From positions 32,001-96,000 of the forward strand of contig CAWEXU010000007.1 in assembly GCA_963813075.1 (NCBI GenBank): 64,000 bases of DNA, read 5' to 3'. Each line of letters begins with the position of its first letter. The stretch's first letter is position 1. The DNA is from Methanotrichaceae archaeon (GTDB lineage: Archaea > Halobacteriota > Methanosarcinia > Methanotrichales > Methanotrichaceae). The notes beneath the pieces are model-generated. The model saw only the letters and a program-made list of their open reading frames with translations. It made no database searches and had not been told where the DNA came from. Made by a program: the position numbers and the translations under genes. Positions 21,344 through 33,647 of the stretch are shown here, piece by piece.

Positions 21344-22062
21344 TCAAAAGAATTTTGAGGCTAATGAGTGCCTCATCTCGCACATCTGCCGAGTATGGCA
21401 GGACTGGCAGGGAGATCCATCCGGCCGGTCGGGGAGCTGGCCGTCTTTGATCAGGCGGATCCTGTCGCGAATGCGCAGTACCCGGGCTTTGTCAGTGCTG
21501 TGGATCTGTGCCACCTCGCACCATCCCCAGGCCGGGATACTCCACCTGTCCCCATTCCACCTTTGTATTGCCCTTCTCCCCCAAAAGGAGGGAATAGCCG
21601 GCCAGGATAAGACGATCTCTCTTCCAGATGCCGTTCTCCGGCGGCCGGCCGGTGCGGATGATCGATGGCGTATTTCCTGGAGCCAGCCTGTCCAGCCTGC
21701 CGGAGAGGCCCAGCCTCTCTGAATAGAGCTCCACATCCGCCTCAAAGGGAATGAGCAGATCCATCTTCTCGCCAAGCCCTCTGGCCAATTGTCCGATCTG
21801 GTCATTTGCCTCCTGCAGGGCAGCCTGAAGCTCGCCCGGCTCCAGATCATAGATCAGGGGCAGCTCCACCTCCAGCCTTCCGAGAGCCTCTCTTGAGCTG
21901 GCCTTCCAGGTCGTCCTCCTGCAGCAATGAGAGGACGAGGCTGCGCATCAGGATCTGTTTTGCACTGCTGGATCTGGTCAGCTTTCCCAGGGAATCGAAA
22001 TAGACAAGCCTGGGGCAGCGCAGATAAAGGCCGATGTCGGATATCCTGACGGCAGGGTACAT
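21344..22062 (-). CDS. Solo Cas4/Dna2-like Fe-S nuclease-fold protein (2 frameshifts)
   Basis: YLRCPRLVYF, LGLSGRLD, C-terminal CQSC....C across three ORFs. Confidence 0.8.
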
Positions 22063-22150
22063 CTGGCTGATATTCGCCCTCTATCTTTAAAAATTTTTGG
22101 ATATGACAAACTCATTTGGCTATTATGTCCTTTGGGTGATGCTCTCCATC

Positions 22151-23454
22151 CTATAGGGAGCGCGGCGGCCTGGCTCTGGATTGCAGCGATTGGGTCAGGT
22201 TCGCCAGCCTGGCAGAACTGCTCATTTCCTCCCTCAATCCCAACTTGACCAGCCAGACATCTTCCGCTCCGGATCCGTATGATGCGGTTATCCCTGCCAG
22301 GATATAGTCTCCCTCCCGGTTCTGAATGACAAAGCTGCCGATATCGTCTTTCATCCCGCCGAGGACACTTCTCCACTCCTCCTGTCCGGCGGAGTTCGTC
22401 TTTATGATCAGGCCATCCCTTCCCGATTCATCTTTATCGATTCTTCCGCCGATGACAAAGCCGCCATCGATTGTCTGCTGCAAAGAGGTGCCTGAGCTTC
22501 CAAGATATGATCTCTCCCAGATCTTCCGGCCACGCAGGTCCACCCGGATGAGAATGATCCTCTCCTCTTCCAAACCGGACTCGGACCTGCCCACCAGGGC
22601 ATAGCCGTCAGCAAGCTCCACCACCTGAAAGGCGGTGTCATCCCGATCTCCTCCGTAGGTGGCATTCCAGGTCATGATGCCCTGGCCATCGGTCTTCAAT
22701 AGCCAGATATCGTCACCTCTCGTGCCCTGTGATGCCGTCCTGCCGGCGACGATAAATCCACCCTCCCGGCTCTGAATGACGGATAATCCCACATCATCCT
22801 CTGTGCCGCCGTAGCTTCTCTCCCAGAGGAGGTCTCCAGTATCATCGGTGCGAATGAGCCAGAGGTCTTTTCTGCCGTTTCCTTTAGATTGAGTGTAGCC
22901 GGTGGCGATATATCCTCCATCATCGGCCTCATCCACTGACCAGCCACCGTCGCCTGAGGAGTGTACAAATCCGCCAAAGGTATTATCCCAGATCAGGCTT
23001 CCATTCCCATCCATCTTCACCAGCCACAGCCTCTCCTCGCCCATGCCAAAGGAGTTTGTGCTCCCGGTGATGATGTAGCCGCCATTGCTCGTCTCCCGGA
23101 CAAAATAGCCCACATCCTCGCCCGATCCACCCAGGATCCTGCTCCAGAGGGAGTTTCCGTCCAGATCGGTCCTTATCAGCCACAGGTCGCTCTTCTCCCC
23201 TCTGGTTGCGGTATTGCCTACCAGGATGTAGCCGCCTTCACCGGTCTCCTGCACAGACCAGGCACCATCGCCATACTTTCCTCCATAGGTCCTGTTCCAT
23301 TCCTCTTCTACTTCTCCGCCATAAAGAGATGCTGAGACCGGAGAGATATGATATAGAGAGATGAGGGTGAGGAGGAGAATGGAAGAAAGGATGAGAACGA
23401 ATAAACAGGAGATATGCAGGAATGGGGGATTTAGGGGATAATGGATTTTATCAT
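22151..23454 (-). CDS. Secreted beta-propeller repeat protein (start codon out of frame by one base)
   Basis: Repeats of GGYI..G.T.S...G..D.WL..TD..G...W...YGG; hydrophobic signal upstream in frame. Confidence 0.8.
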
Positions 23455-23464
23455 TGATTCCTTC

Positions 23465-24129
23465 CTAGATCCCTCTATCCTGGAATTTCACTGACTTTTC
23501 CATAGAGAAGCTCCCGCTAAGAAATGTGCTGGAGTCAATGTCATTTTTGCCCATCTGATGCTGGGAGGAGGTGATTGCATAGTGGCCCAGGAACTTGGAA
23601 TTGCTGCTGGATCCTATCCCTTGCTGTCCGGTTGAATCATCCAGGCCGGAGTTGATGGCTTCAAGGCAGGAGGATGTCTCGGCGGAAGCAATAGTGGCAG
23701 GTCCATTGGCTCGCTGATGAGTTGATGGATGTGTTAGTAGCGGAGGAGTTGATGGCTGATGTATTGGCTGCAGATAAATTGGCTGCGGATGAGTTAATGG
23801 AAGTGTTATCGTTGGACTGGCTAATGCCGGACAATCCCGGATCATATGGGTTTGATCTTTTCGAACTGGAGGGGATAGAACCGCTATAGCCTGCCTTTCC
23901 TCCACCGGCCGAACCGCTCTGGGAGAGCATATCATTCAAGGCCCCGTTAATCCTCTCCTCCAGCCTCTTCGTGTCTGCGCTCATGATCGATAATCTGGAG
24001 TGTCTTATCTTCCGGAAGGCCGTTCTGGCCGGCTTCATTCTGGCAAACAGAAGACAATGCCGGAAAGATAAGTGCCATTATCAAGATGATCAAGACTGCA
24101 ATCTCCGCTTTCATTATCCCCACCATCAC
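23465..24129 (-). CDS. Secreted hypothetical Ser/Asn-rich protein (frameshifted)
   Basis: Signal peptide in 23947..24129; continuation in 23661..24038 and 23465..23935. Confidence 0.6.
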
Positions 24130-24212
24130 TGCTACGAAATAAAGATGTGATCAATACAATTTCAACTTTTCTATGGATAGCATTTATCTGTCCCTAGTGG
24201 AATCATGCCTCT

Positions 24213-26400
24213 GTGTACCTGGATTATTTCCCCTATGAGTCTCTCCGCCTCTACCAGGATAAGATGCTGGACGCAGTCTATGAAGTGGTGAGCGGAGGTA
24301 AGCAGGGGATTTTAATGATAGATGCTCCCACCGGCACAGGAAAGACCAGCTGCATCAGTGCTGCTCTGGCCGCAGCTCCGGGAAAGATCGTGGTGGCGGT
24401 GAGAACAGTCTCTCAAATCGATATCTACATCGATGAGATCAATCGCATATGGTCAAAAACCCGGCATAAGCCGGAGATCGCCTATATGGTGGGAAAGCAG
24501 AGGATCTGCCCTTTAGAGAGCGAGTTTCGGGGGGAGAGCGTCTATGCCGGCTGCTCCCGACTTCGAGAGTGGACCAAAAACTACGTCTCCTCCAGGATCG
24601 CCAAGGGCAATGCCAGCATCTACGATCCTTATGCCGATGACATGCCCGAGGAGGAGCCTGGCTACAGGACCTTCTGTCCATATTACCTGCGAAGCCGGGA
24701 GGGCTTCGAGATCAACGGGACCGTCCATTTCCGCCGCTCCGCCCGGGCCCTGGATGTGGTGGAAGACCTGAAAAAGAGAGTCACCCCGCCCTCCAGACTA
24801 GAGGACTCCTGCCAGGGCATCTGCCCCTATGAGATCATGAGCCTGTATGCCAAGAACAGCGATATAGTGATCATGAACTACTCTCACCTCTTCAGCCCCG
24901 ACTTCCAGGATATCATCTTTCAATGGCTGGAGATGGATTCCGAGAAGGTCACTCTGATCATAGACGAGGCTCATAACCTGGGAGATGCGGTGCGGGCGAT
25001 GAACTCACGCCACCTCACCCTGCGGATGATAGATCTTGCCGGGACCGAGGTGGAGAAGTTCGAGGGCACCTTAGGGCAGGCCAGGCTGGATGAGACGAAA
25101 GAGGGTGCCTCCTGGAGGAGAGAGGGAATCAGGGTCATAAGGCTGCTCCTTCCCAGGCTGAAAAGGTTCCTCTCAGAGCCGGCTGGAGAGGATGCCGGAG
25201 GGGGAGGCTCTGATGGATGCCGACCTGTTTCGCGCCTTCCTCTATGATGGGATCGATGATATCGACGAAGCACTATCCTATTTCTCAGATGTGACCGTAG
25301 CGGTCGCCGATCTTAACCTGGCGGAAGGGGACAGGGAGAACCTGCAGGGAGATATTCAGCCCAATCTCGCCCTGGTGCTGCTATTCCTCAGGGACGTGGA
25401 GACGGCGGAGACCGATATCGCTCTCCAGAGGAAGATCGTGGTCACCGGCTCGGGGAAAAGGAAGCTCGTCCGGCTGGAGGTCAATAACATCGACCCTGCG
25501 GCCAACATCCGGCGGATCACAGATAACATCAATGCCACCATCATGCTCTCCGGCACATTCTCTCCTCTTGAGGCTTATGAGCTGTACTGTCTGGGTGAGG
25601 ATGGCAGAGCAAAGAAGCTGAGCCTGCCCAATCCCTTCCCCAAAGAGAACCGCCTCCTCCTGGCGGCAAAGAAGGCCACCACCCAGCTGGAGCAGAGGGA
25701 GGATATGGACAACAGGGAGGAGATATCAGGGCACATAAGATCGCTGATCGAGTGCGTCCCGGGAAATGTGGCGGTATTTTTCACCTCTTATCCCATGATG
25801 AACAACTACCGGGACGTCTGTCTCTCATCCTCCAGGAAGGTTGGAAAGAAGCTCTGCGTCGAGCCGCGCAGTGCAGACGAGGTTCCAGAGCTGTTGGACC
25901 TGTTCTTCTCTTTAGGTGCCAGAGGGGGGGCCGTCCTGACAGGAGTGTGCGGGGGCAAGCTGGCGGAGGGGATCGACTACAAAGGCGAAGCCCTGAAGGG
26001 AGTGGCGGTGGTCGGGCTGCCACTGGCCGCATATGATGAGATCCAAAAGGAGATCAACAGCTATTACACCATGAAATATGGCAAGACGAAGGGGATGCTC
26101 ATCGCTTATACCCTGCCTGCGATAAACCGGGGGCTTCAGGCTGCAGGAAGGGTCATCCGGGCCGAATCGGAAAGAGGCGTCCTGCTGTTCTGCGACCGCC
26201 GGTTTGCAGATGACGATCTGGGGGGAGTCAATCAGTTCCTCCCCAACTGGGTGAGGGAGGAGTTGATTGTAGCGGATGCAATAGAAGGACGGGAATTGAT
26301 CAAAGAGAAGATCGCGAAGTGGAAGACAGAGGGTATTTCCGAATATGTGCCTGGCTGGCAATTCAAAGGATGTGGAGGGAATGCAATTGCAGGAGAATAG
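24213..26400 (+). CDS. Rad3/XPD/DinG-family Fe-S DNA helicase (frameshift near 25180)
   Basis: APTGTGKT, Fe-S cysteines, DEAH, LSGT, EGID, QAAGRVIR. Confidence 0.92.
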
Positions 26401-26565
26401 CAGAAAGGGCAGTGAACTTTTCGGAGAGAGGAGGACGAAGCCCCGAAGGGGCAGCAAGAGGGATCTGAGAGAGCTGGCAAGATCGTTAGGCCTCGGGCAG
26501 TCCAGCCCCAAAATCGATGCTACAGCCAATAGATCCGCCCCATCTGGCAGGAAGGATAGGGGAGT

Positions 26566-26910
26566 CTAGTTGATCTGCTCAGCTTCCAGCACCCGCAGAG
26601 GGATGGTGCCCAGAGCCTTTCCCACACTGGATTTGGCTATCCTTCCCGCATGCTCCTCGCTCTCTGCATTGAATATCTTGATCTCGAACAGAAGTGCCAC
26701 CAGGGCCGTGCTGCTCACGAGAAAGACGCCGTCTAAGGATTCATTGCATTCAGGGCAATCCCACTGGCCAACCTCTACCTCTACAAAGTCCATCTTTCTC
26801 TGGTTCAATCTCTTGCCCGCCTCAGAGATGGCCACACCAATGGCATCATCCTCGGTCTTGACATCTCTGACCAGCCAGGCACCCTCCAGCAAGACGTTGA
26901 AATTCGGCAT
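26566..26910 (-). CDS. UPF0212/DUF555 protein
   Basis: DDAIGVAISEAGKRLN, CPEC, FNAESEEHA. Confidence 0.88.
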   Translation of the reverse strand: MPNFNVLLEGAWLVRDVKTEDDAIGVAISEAGKRLNQRKMDFVEVEVGQWDCPECNESLDGVFLVSSTALVALLFEIKIFNAESEEHAGRIAKSSVGKALGTIPLRVLEAEQIN

Positions 26911-27265
26911 CAACTAAGTGCTAGGATGATGTATCATATCTACTTTTTCCGCCAGAAATCGCTTTGGTTTTCCAGTCTATCGCGAAACGCATATTCATGG
27001 CAGGCGGAATTTTCAGCATAGATAGAGGTTGCCAGTCCACTTTTTGTTCGGCAATTTTTCAGTGTTTATATCTGTTTATTGCCTGCAGTATTGGAGCGAA
27101 GCATATACTATTAATAAGAGAGCATCATTCGGAACATTATGTCTGAGGAAGCACCGGCTATTCCGGGATTATCACTTTATTGCAGCATTTTTATTTCCGT
27201 TCCCTGAAAACGTTATCATACATCAAGTCGTTAATCATCAAGCATAAAAAGAGGGTCTTGCATAT

Positions 27266-29301
27266 ATGCGAGAGGATATGCAAGAGGACAGGGCGGTAGA
27301 TAACCGGAAAAAGGTCCTGGACTACATATCGGATAACCCTGGCTCACATATGAGAAAGATAGCCAGGGAGTTGGATATGCGCCTGAGCACTCTGCGCTAT
27401 CATCTCGATCATCTGGAAAAAAAGGGTTCCATTGCCTGCCAGAAGCAGAATAACTTAAAGGTATATTTCGCTCAGGGCAAGCTCAAGCCCATGGAGAAGA
27501 CACTGGCCCCGCTGCTTCAGCAGAAGCGTTTTCGCGATATCATTCTCATTCTGATTGAATCTCCCGGATTGACATTTTCCCAGATCGTCGATAGCCTCTC
27601 TATCGGGGCCTCAACCACCTCAAAATACATCAGTATACTTGAAGAGAAAAAAATATTATTTCATGAAAGGTCTGGAAGGGAGAAAAAATATTTTGTAAAT
27701 AATAAGGGGAGTGTGATTGATCTTCTCACGACCTACAAGCAGATGATGGCCGATATGAGCTACGAGATTCGCACTCCGATGAATACTATCATAGGCATGA
27801 CCAGCCTCCTTTTGGATGAGAAGCTGACAGCTGAGCAGAGGGATTTTGTGGAGACGATCAAGGTAAGCGGAGACGCTCTAATGTCCATTATCAATAACAT
27901 CCTTGACTTCTCCCGAATAGAGAGAGAAAACATAATCCTTGATATCCAGGATTTCATTCTGAGCGAATGCATCGAAGAAGCCCTGGATTCTGTGGCCTTG
28001 AGGGCAGGGGAGAAGAGGCTGAACCTGGCCTACAGGATAGAAAGAGGCACTCCGGACGGAATCTGGGGCGACCGCAAAAAGCTCTATCAGATACTGGTCA
28101 AGCTGCTGGATAATGCTGTCAAGTTCACAGAGAAGGGAGAGGTTCTGATATCGGTATCATCTAAAGATGGCGACGGCCTCAGTGAGATTCAATTTGCAGT
28201 CAAAGATACCGGTATTGGCATTTCTTCAGAGATGATGGACCATCTCTTTGAATCTTACAGCCAGGTGATGGACCGGCTATCCCAGTCCTTTCGCCAGGCC
28301 AACTTCGAGTCGTTCAGCGGCATCGATCCTGCGGGAGGATATAATCCAGGAGCCGGCATTGGGCTTGCCATCAGCCGCAGGCTGGTGGAAATGATGGGAG
28401 GGAGAATCTGGGCGGAGAGCAATCCCGGAGAGGGATCGACGATTCACTTCTATATCAGGGCAGAAAGAGCAGAGATCAAGCCCCCATATGTCGGAATCCA
28501 GCCAATGCTGGAAGGAAAGCGAATTCTCATCGTGGAGGAAAACACGACCATTAAGGATATGCTCCGCCATGTAGCTTTGGATTGGGGCATGCTCCCTGTG
28601 GCAATCGAATCGAGCGAATCGGCGCAGAAGATGATTCAAAGCGCCATTCCCTTTGACCTCATCCTCCTCGATACTTCTAGCAGCAAATTTCAGGAGCGCA
28701 AATGCCGCCAGCATTGTTCGTATGCATAACCGGTCCATTCCCCTGGTGACCCTCTCATTTGCGGGGGAGGATGTGCAGTCGGGCCTGTCGGATGCTGCCC
28801 TGACAAAACCGATAAAGATTTCCCAGCTCTATGATGTCCTCACCGGGGTTTTGGCTGCCCAGCCCCTCCTGAGTGCGAGAGCCCTCTTCACCCAGGACGG
28901 CGAGCCCGTCGGCTGGCCGGAGAGTTCTGCTGGTGGAGGACAATATCTCCAATCAAAAGGTTACTTTAGCCATGCTCAAGCGCCTGGGATATGAGGCCGA
29001 TCTGGCCGCCAATGGAGTCGAGGCGCTGAAAGCATTTGAGAATCGCGATTATGATATCGTCCTGATGGACCTGAGAATGCCGGAGATGAACGGCCTGGAA
29101 GCCACAAAGGTCATCCGGGAGCGCTGGCCGGAGAGGAGAACAAAGATAATAGCCATCACTGCATTTGCATTGCAGGGAGACAGGGAGAAGTGTCTTGCCG
29201 CCGGGATGGACGACTACATCAGCAAGCCTGTGCGGATGAACGAGCTGGAGAAGCTGCTGGAAAAGCATGTGGGCTCAAATATTATCCCTCAAGCAGCTTA
29301 A
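27266..29301 (+). CDS. Double winged-HTH fused to hybrid histidine-kinase-like protein with 2 receiver domains; H-box His replaced by Tyr (2 frameshifts)
   Basis: wHTH NPGSH.R.IAREL..STLRYHL..L; MSYEIRTPMN; DNAVKFT, DTGIG, GAGIGL; receivers LILLD and VLMDLRMP in ORFs 27266, 28653, 28873. Confidence 0.85.
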
Positions 29302-29578
29302 TAAAATTCAACGAGAATTGCTTCTTAATAGCGTCAAAATCATCATTATTTATATACATTTTAGAATTTTTGGTCTAACTGATGCATTTATTTTTCTAAA
29401 ATGAGCAGCATGGACGGATATATAGTTATATTAGAAAGCTGGAATTAGCAATTGGATAAGAGCGTCAATGACTTGAAAACATCATTAATGCTTTGGGCTG
29501 AGATTTGATTTAAGCCCAGAAGCATTATGAGAGCAAATGGATGAAGGAATCAGCGAGTCGCGAATTGGATGATGGAAA

Positions 29579-32500
29579 ATGGATATTGCCGCCGAGAGTG
29601 CAAATGCTGCTGCAGACTCCCCTGACAGCGGCCTGGATAATGAGCCCCATGACTCCCAGCCGCCTGCATCCAAATGGGTCTTTCCATTTCGCTATTCACT
29701 GGCCATTGCAGGCCTGACCGTCATCTTTTTTGCCTTAATATTATTCCTTTTGAGGGACGATCCGGATAAATCCACCGCTTTCTCAGATCTCGTCCTCATC
29801 CCGATTAACGGCATAGCTGCTCTCATTCTTTTTTATGCCGCAAGGTCATCATATAAACAGAACAAAAAGTTCTACTGGGCCTGGCTGATATTCTCCCTGG
29901 CCACTTTGAGCTTTGCCTTAGGAGATGCTATCTGGGCTTATGAAGAGGCTATCTTAGGCATCGATCCATTCTACTCAATTGGAAACATCTTCTTTTTAGC
30001 GTACTACCCGCTATTTTTATTGGGGATATTCTCCCTTCCATCCCAGGAATTTTCGGTTAGAGAGCGCTCCAAGATGATCCTGGATTTCGGAATAGTGATG
30101 ATCGCTGGGACCATCATGTTCTGGGACTTCATCATCGGACCGGTCATCCAGGAATCAGCAAACTACAACCTTCCCACATTGATCATCTACATCTTCTATC
30201 CGCTTGGGGATATGATATTGCTCTTCTCGGTGCTTGAGATCCTCTACCGGAAGATCTATGGCAATGAAAAGAGGCCATTACTCTTTCTTGCTGCCGGTCT
30301 GACCGCTCTGATCATAACCGATTCCATATTCCTCCGCCAATCATGGCTGGATACATATGTAGGCGGAGGGCTTCTCGATTTGGGCTGGGCCATATCATAT
30401 GTTCTGATAGGCCTGGCAGGAATGGCTCAGGCTGACGAGATGGCGAAGAATTCTCTGAATAAGATTGCTACAAGACAACTGCGCTATGGGGAACTGACCT
30501 GGATCATCTACCTGCCCTATATTTGTGCAGCGGGAGCTTTTGCATTGCTGATTTTGAGCCATGAAAATCCCATTGGCCTGTCCTTTTCCACTCTATCCGT
30601 GGCAGTAGGGGTAATAATCGGCATGGTCATTTTGCGCCAGGTTATAGTGCTGAATGAAAATGCCAGGCTTTATAAGAAAGCTCAGGAGGATATCCGGGAT
30701 CGAGAGCTGGCCCGATCGGAAGTCATACGGCTCAACGAAGAGCTTGAAGAGCGGGTAGCCCAGCGCACTATGGAGCTTGAGAATGCCAATAAAGAGCTTC
30801 AGAGCGAGGTAGTGGAGAGAATTCAGGCAGAAGCAGCTATGAGGGATTCCGAGCGCAGAATGGCGGACATCATCAACTTCCTCCCCGATGCTACTTTCGT
30901 CATAAACAAGGATGGAGTGGTGATCGCCTGGAACCGGGCCATAGAGAAGATGACCTCGGTCGAGGCAGAGGATATGCTGGGAAAGGGCAATTACGAGTAT
31001 TCTCTGCCCTTCTATAAAGAACGAAGGCCTATTCTGGTCGACCTGGTACTGAATCCGAACCTTGATCTGGAGAGCCGCTACGAAGAGCTCAAAAGGCACG
31101 AAGACAACAGCCTGGTCGGCGTCAGCTTCATCTCTAACCTCAAGGGGAGCCTGATCTATCTTCTGGGCAGTGCAGCAGTCCTTTACGATTCCGAAGGGAA
31201 GGTCTATGGGGCAATAGAGTCCATTCGTGACATCACCGACCGGAAGATGGTAGAGGAGGATCTCAAGAATGAAAGAGACAGAGCCGAATCAGCCACAAGG
31301 TCCAAATCCAATTTTCTGGCCAATATGAGCCATGAGATACGCACTCCGATGAATGCGGTCATCGGCATGGCCGGCCTCCTCCTGGAATCGGATTTGAAGC
31401 CTGAGCAACGCGACTACCTGGAGACCATCCGGAACAGCGGAAACTCACTATTGGCCATCATCAACGATATCCTGGATTATTCCAAGATAGACGGTGAGAA
31501 GATGGAGCTGGAGATCCTGCCCTTCGATCTCATGGGCTGCATTGAGGTTTCTATGGACCTGGTGGCAGCAAAAGCGGCAGAGAAGGGGCTGGAGCTGACG
31601 TACTTCCAGGATGATCTTGTTCCCAGGGTGATAATGGGAGATGAGATTCGTCTGCGTCAGGTGCTGGTCAATCTCCTGGGAAATGCCACAAAATTTACTG
31701 AAAAGGGCGAGATCGTCTTATCCTTGAGTTCCACCCCACTGGAAGAGGGAAAAGTAGAGCTGCATTTTAGAGTTATGGATACCGGAATCGGCATATCTCA
31801 GGAGAATTTAAGCCGGCTCTTTCAGTTCTTCACCCAGGTCGATTCCTCGACCACCAGGCATTACGGAGGAACCGGTCTGGGACTGGCCATAAGCAGGAGG
31901 CTGGTGGAGATGATGGAGGGAAAGATCTGGGTGGAGAGCGAGACGGAAATAGGGAGCACATTCCATTTCACCATTCGCTGTCGGGCGTGTCCTGATGAAG
32001 CCGCCCTGGATCAAACCGGGATGATCCTCTCCGGCAAGAGGGTGCTGATAGCAGAAGGCCATGATTCGGTAAGAGAGATGCTCTGCCAGCTCGTCAGCTC
32101 CTGGGGTATGAAAGCAGTAGCTACTGGCACAGGCAGGGAGGCGATAGAACTCATGGCGAAGGAGAATGCATTTGATTTTATGATTTCGGATGCCCACTTG
32201 CCTGATATGGATGGGGTTCTCATAGCCGGACAGATCAGGGCAAGAGGCAATCTTCCATATGTGATATTGATCAGCCATATTGGTGAGAGGATACAGAGAG
32301 ATGATTCTGTCTCCGGGTGGCTGACCAAACCGGTGAAACCCCGTCTGCTCAAGGGTCTCCTCATCGATCTGATCTCTCCGGCAAACGGAGAGCCCAAAGA
32401 TGCGTTGGGACAATCCCCGACTCCTGTGGAGAAGACCAGTAACCTTTCCATTCTCCTGGCAGAGGATAACCCGGTGAACCAGAAGGTAGCGCTCATAATG

Positions 32501-32818
32501 CTCAAGCACCTTGACTACAGGGCAGATGTGGCCCACAGCGGTCCTGAAGTCCTGGCATGTATGAAAGAAAAGCACTACGACGTCATTCTGATGGATATCC
32601 AGATGCCGGATATGGATGGCCTTGAGGCTACCCGACTCATTCGCAAGATGTCCGGATCCAACTCTCAGCCGTATATCATTGCCATGACCGCCTATGCCCT
32701 GGAGGGAGATAGAGAGGAGTTCTTGAGCACAGGCATGAACGATTATCTTAGCAAACCGATCCAGATAGGAGAGCTGAAATCGGCATTAAAAAGATTTGAA
32801 GATATGAGAAAAGATTGA
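29579..32818 (+). CDS. Membrane-bound hybrid sensor histidine kinase (multi-TM, PAS, HisKA, HATPase, 2 REC)
   Basis: About 10 TM segments, FLANMSHEIRTPMN, GNATKFT, DTGIG, GGTGLGL, two Asp-containing receivers. Confidence 0.95.
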   Translation: MDIAAESANAAADSPDSGLDNEPHDSQPPASKWVFPFRYSLAIAGLTVIFFALILFLLRDDPDKSTAFSDLVLIPINGIAALILFYAARSSYKQNKKFYWAWLIFSLATLSFALGDAIWAYEEAILGIDPFYSIGNIFFLAYYPLFLLGIFSLPSQEFSVRERSKMILDFGIVMIAGTIMFWDFIIGPVIQESANYNLPTLIIYIFYPLGDMILLFSVLEILYRKIYGNEKRPLLFLAAGLTALIITDSIFLRQSWLDTYVGGGLLDLGWAISYVLIGLAGMAQADEMAKNSLNKIATRQLRYGELTWIIYLPYICAAGAFALLILSHENPIGLSFSTLSVAVGVIIGMVILRQVIVLNENARLYKKAQEDIRDRELARSEVIRLNEELEERVAQRTMELENANKELQSEVVERIQAEAAMRDSERRMADIINFLPDATFVINKDGVVIAWNRAIEKMTSVEAEDMLGKGNYEYSLPFYKERRPILVDLVLNPNLDLESRYEELKRHEDNSLVGVSFISNLKGSLIYLLGSAAVLYDSEGKVYGAIESIRDITDRKMVEEDLKNERDRAESATRSKSNFLANMSHEIRTPMNAVIGMAGLLLESDLKPEQRDYLETIRNSGNSLLAIINDILDYSKIDGEKMELEILPFDLMGCIEVSMDLVAAKAAEKGLELTYFQDDLVPRVIMGDEIRLRQVLVNLLGNATKFTEKGEIVLSLSSTPLEEGKVELHFRVMDTGIGISQENLSRLFQFFTQVDSSTTRHYGGTGLGLAISRRLVEMMEGKIWVESETEIGSTFHFTIRCRACPDEAALDQTGMILSGKRVLIAEGHDSVREMLCQLVSSWGMKAVATGTGREAIELMAKENAFDFMISDAHLPDMDGVLIAGQIRARGNLPYVILISHIGERIQRDDSVSGWLTKPVKPRLLKGLLIDLISPANGEPKDALGQSPTPVEKTSNLSILLAEDNPVNQKVALIMLKHLDYRADVAHSGPEVLACMKEKHYDVILMDIQMPDMDGLEATRLIRKMSGSNSQPYIIAMTAYALEGDREEFLSTGMNDYLSKPIQIGELKSALKRFEDMRKD

Positions 32819-32824
32819 TTCTGA

Positions 32825-33538
32825 TCAGATCATCCTGTCTTCTTCCCTCTCTTCTATGAAAAGCTCTGGCAATGCATTCATGTACTCTTTAATCATGATT
32901 GGAAAAGATCTGGACTCCATAAATCGCAGACCGAGCTGCTCAGCCCAGCGCTGAATGCCCAGGTCCTGGGAGACGACAGCAGCATCCAGCTCCTTGGCCA
33001 GGAGAAGGACATCGATGTCCGGAGCGCTATCCAGGATGCCGTAGCGGAGTGCGGCTCTGTACTTCTCGCGGAACTTTCTTATTATGCTCCCCACGACCTC
33101 CCGTTCTATCTCATCCTTCATATCTTTCAGGTCGCCACTGTTTTCGGATAAAGAGATACACCTGGAGACCGATTCCCAGATCGCTTCCTCGGATATGTTC
33201 ATCCCCTTGTTTATGCGGCTCCTCATGTAATCCACATACTCATAAAAGATCTTTGAGGGCACCTTGACCTTATACCTATCCGGGGTCTTCTTGACCAGCC
33301 AGGTGTCGACCTTTCCCAGGACGCGGGAATCGCAGTTATTGTGCCTGGCGAAATCCTTGATCTCATTGTAGACAGAGGGATAGGGTATATAGCAGCTGAT
33401 CCCCAGGTGAAGCCTGCCCTCTGAAACGCGGTTTAAGATGGCATTCATCCCTTCGCAGATGTCGGTGGCGCCCTCGCTCTCCCAGGCCATGGAGTCTGTA
33501 AGTGCAGTTGTATCCAGAACGAATCTTTGGCGCAGCAT
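32825..33538 (-). CDS. RNA-free RNase P (HARP, Aq880-like PIN protein)
   Basis: [42 protein letters not shown]. Confidence 0.92.
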   Translation of the reverse strand: MLRQRFVLDTTALTDSMAWESEGATDICEGMNAILNRVSEGRLHLGISCYIPYPSVYNEIKDFARHNNCDSRVLGKVDTWLVKKTPDRYKVKVPSKIFYEYVDYMRSRINKGMNISEEAIWESVSRCISLSENSGDLKDMKDEIEREVVGSIIRKFREKYRAALRYGILDSAPDIDVLLLAKELDAAVVSQDLGIQRWAEQLGLRFMESRSFPIMIKEYMNALPELFIEEREEDRMI

Positions 33539-33565
33539 TGCTGAATGTAATGTATCAAGTCATAT

Positions 33566-33610
33566 AAGATAGCTTCCAAGATAGCTCCCACAAGATAGCT
33601 TCCAAGATAG
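33566..33610. repeat. 12-14 bp tandem repeat (aagatagcttcc) in a divergent promoter region
   Basis: Four aagatag units seen directly. Confidence 0.85.
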
Positions 33611-33647
33611 GTATCACCTAAAAAGGCTAATAAATCCCTTCTGTCGA

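Noticed and set aside
29579..32818. Identification as the FilI quorum-sensing kinase of Methanothrix harundinacea
   Set aside because: The multi-TM/PAS/2xREC architecture gives no support and I cannot verify orthology without a search
32825..33538. HARP as a novel system
   Set aside because: Protein-only RNase P homologs are already well described in archaea
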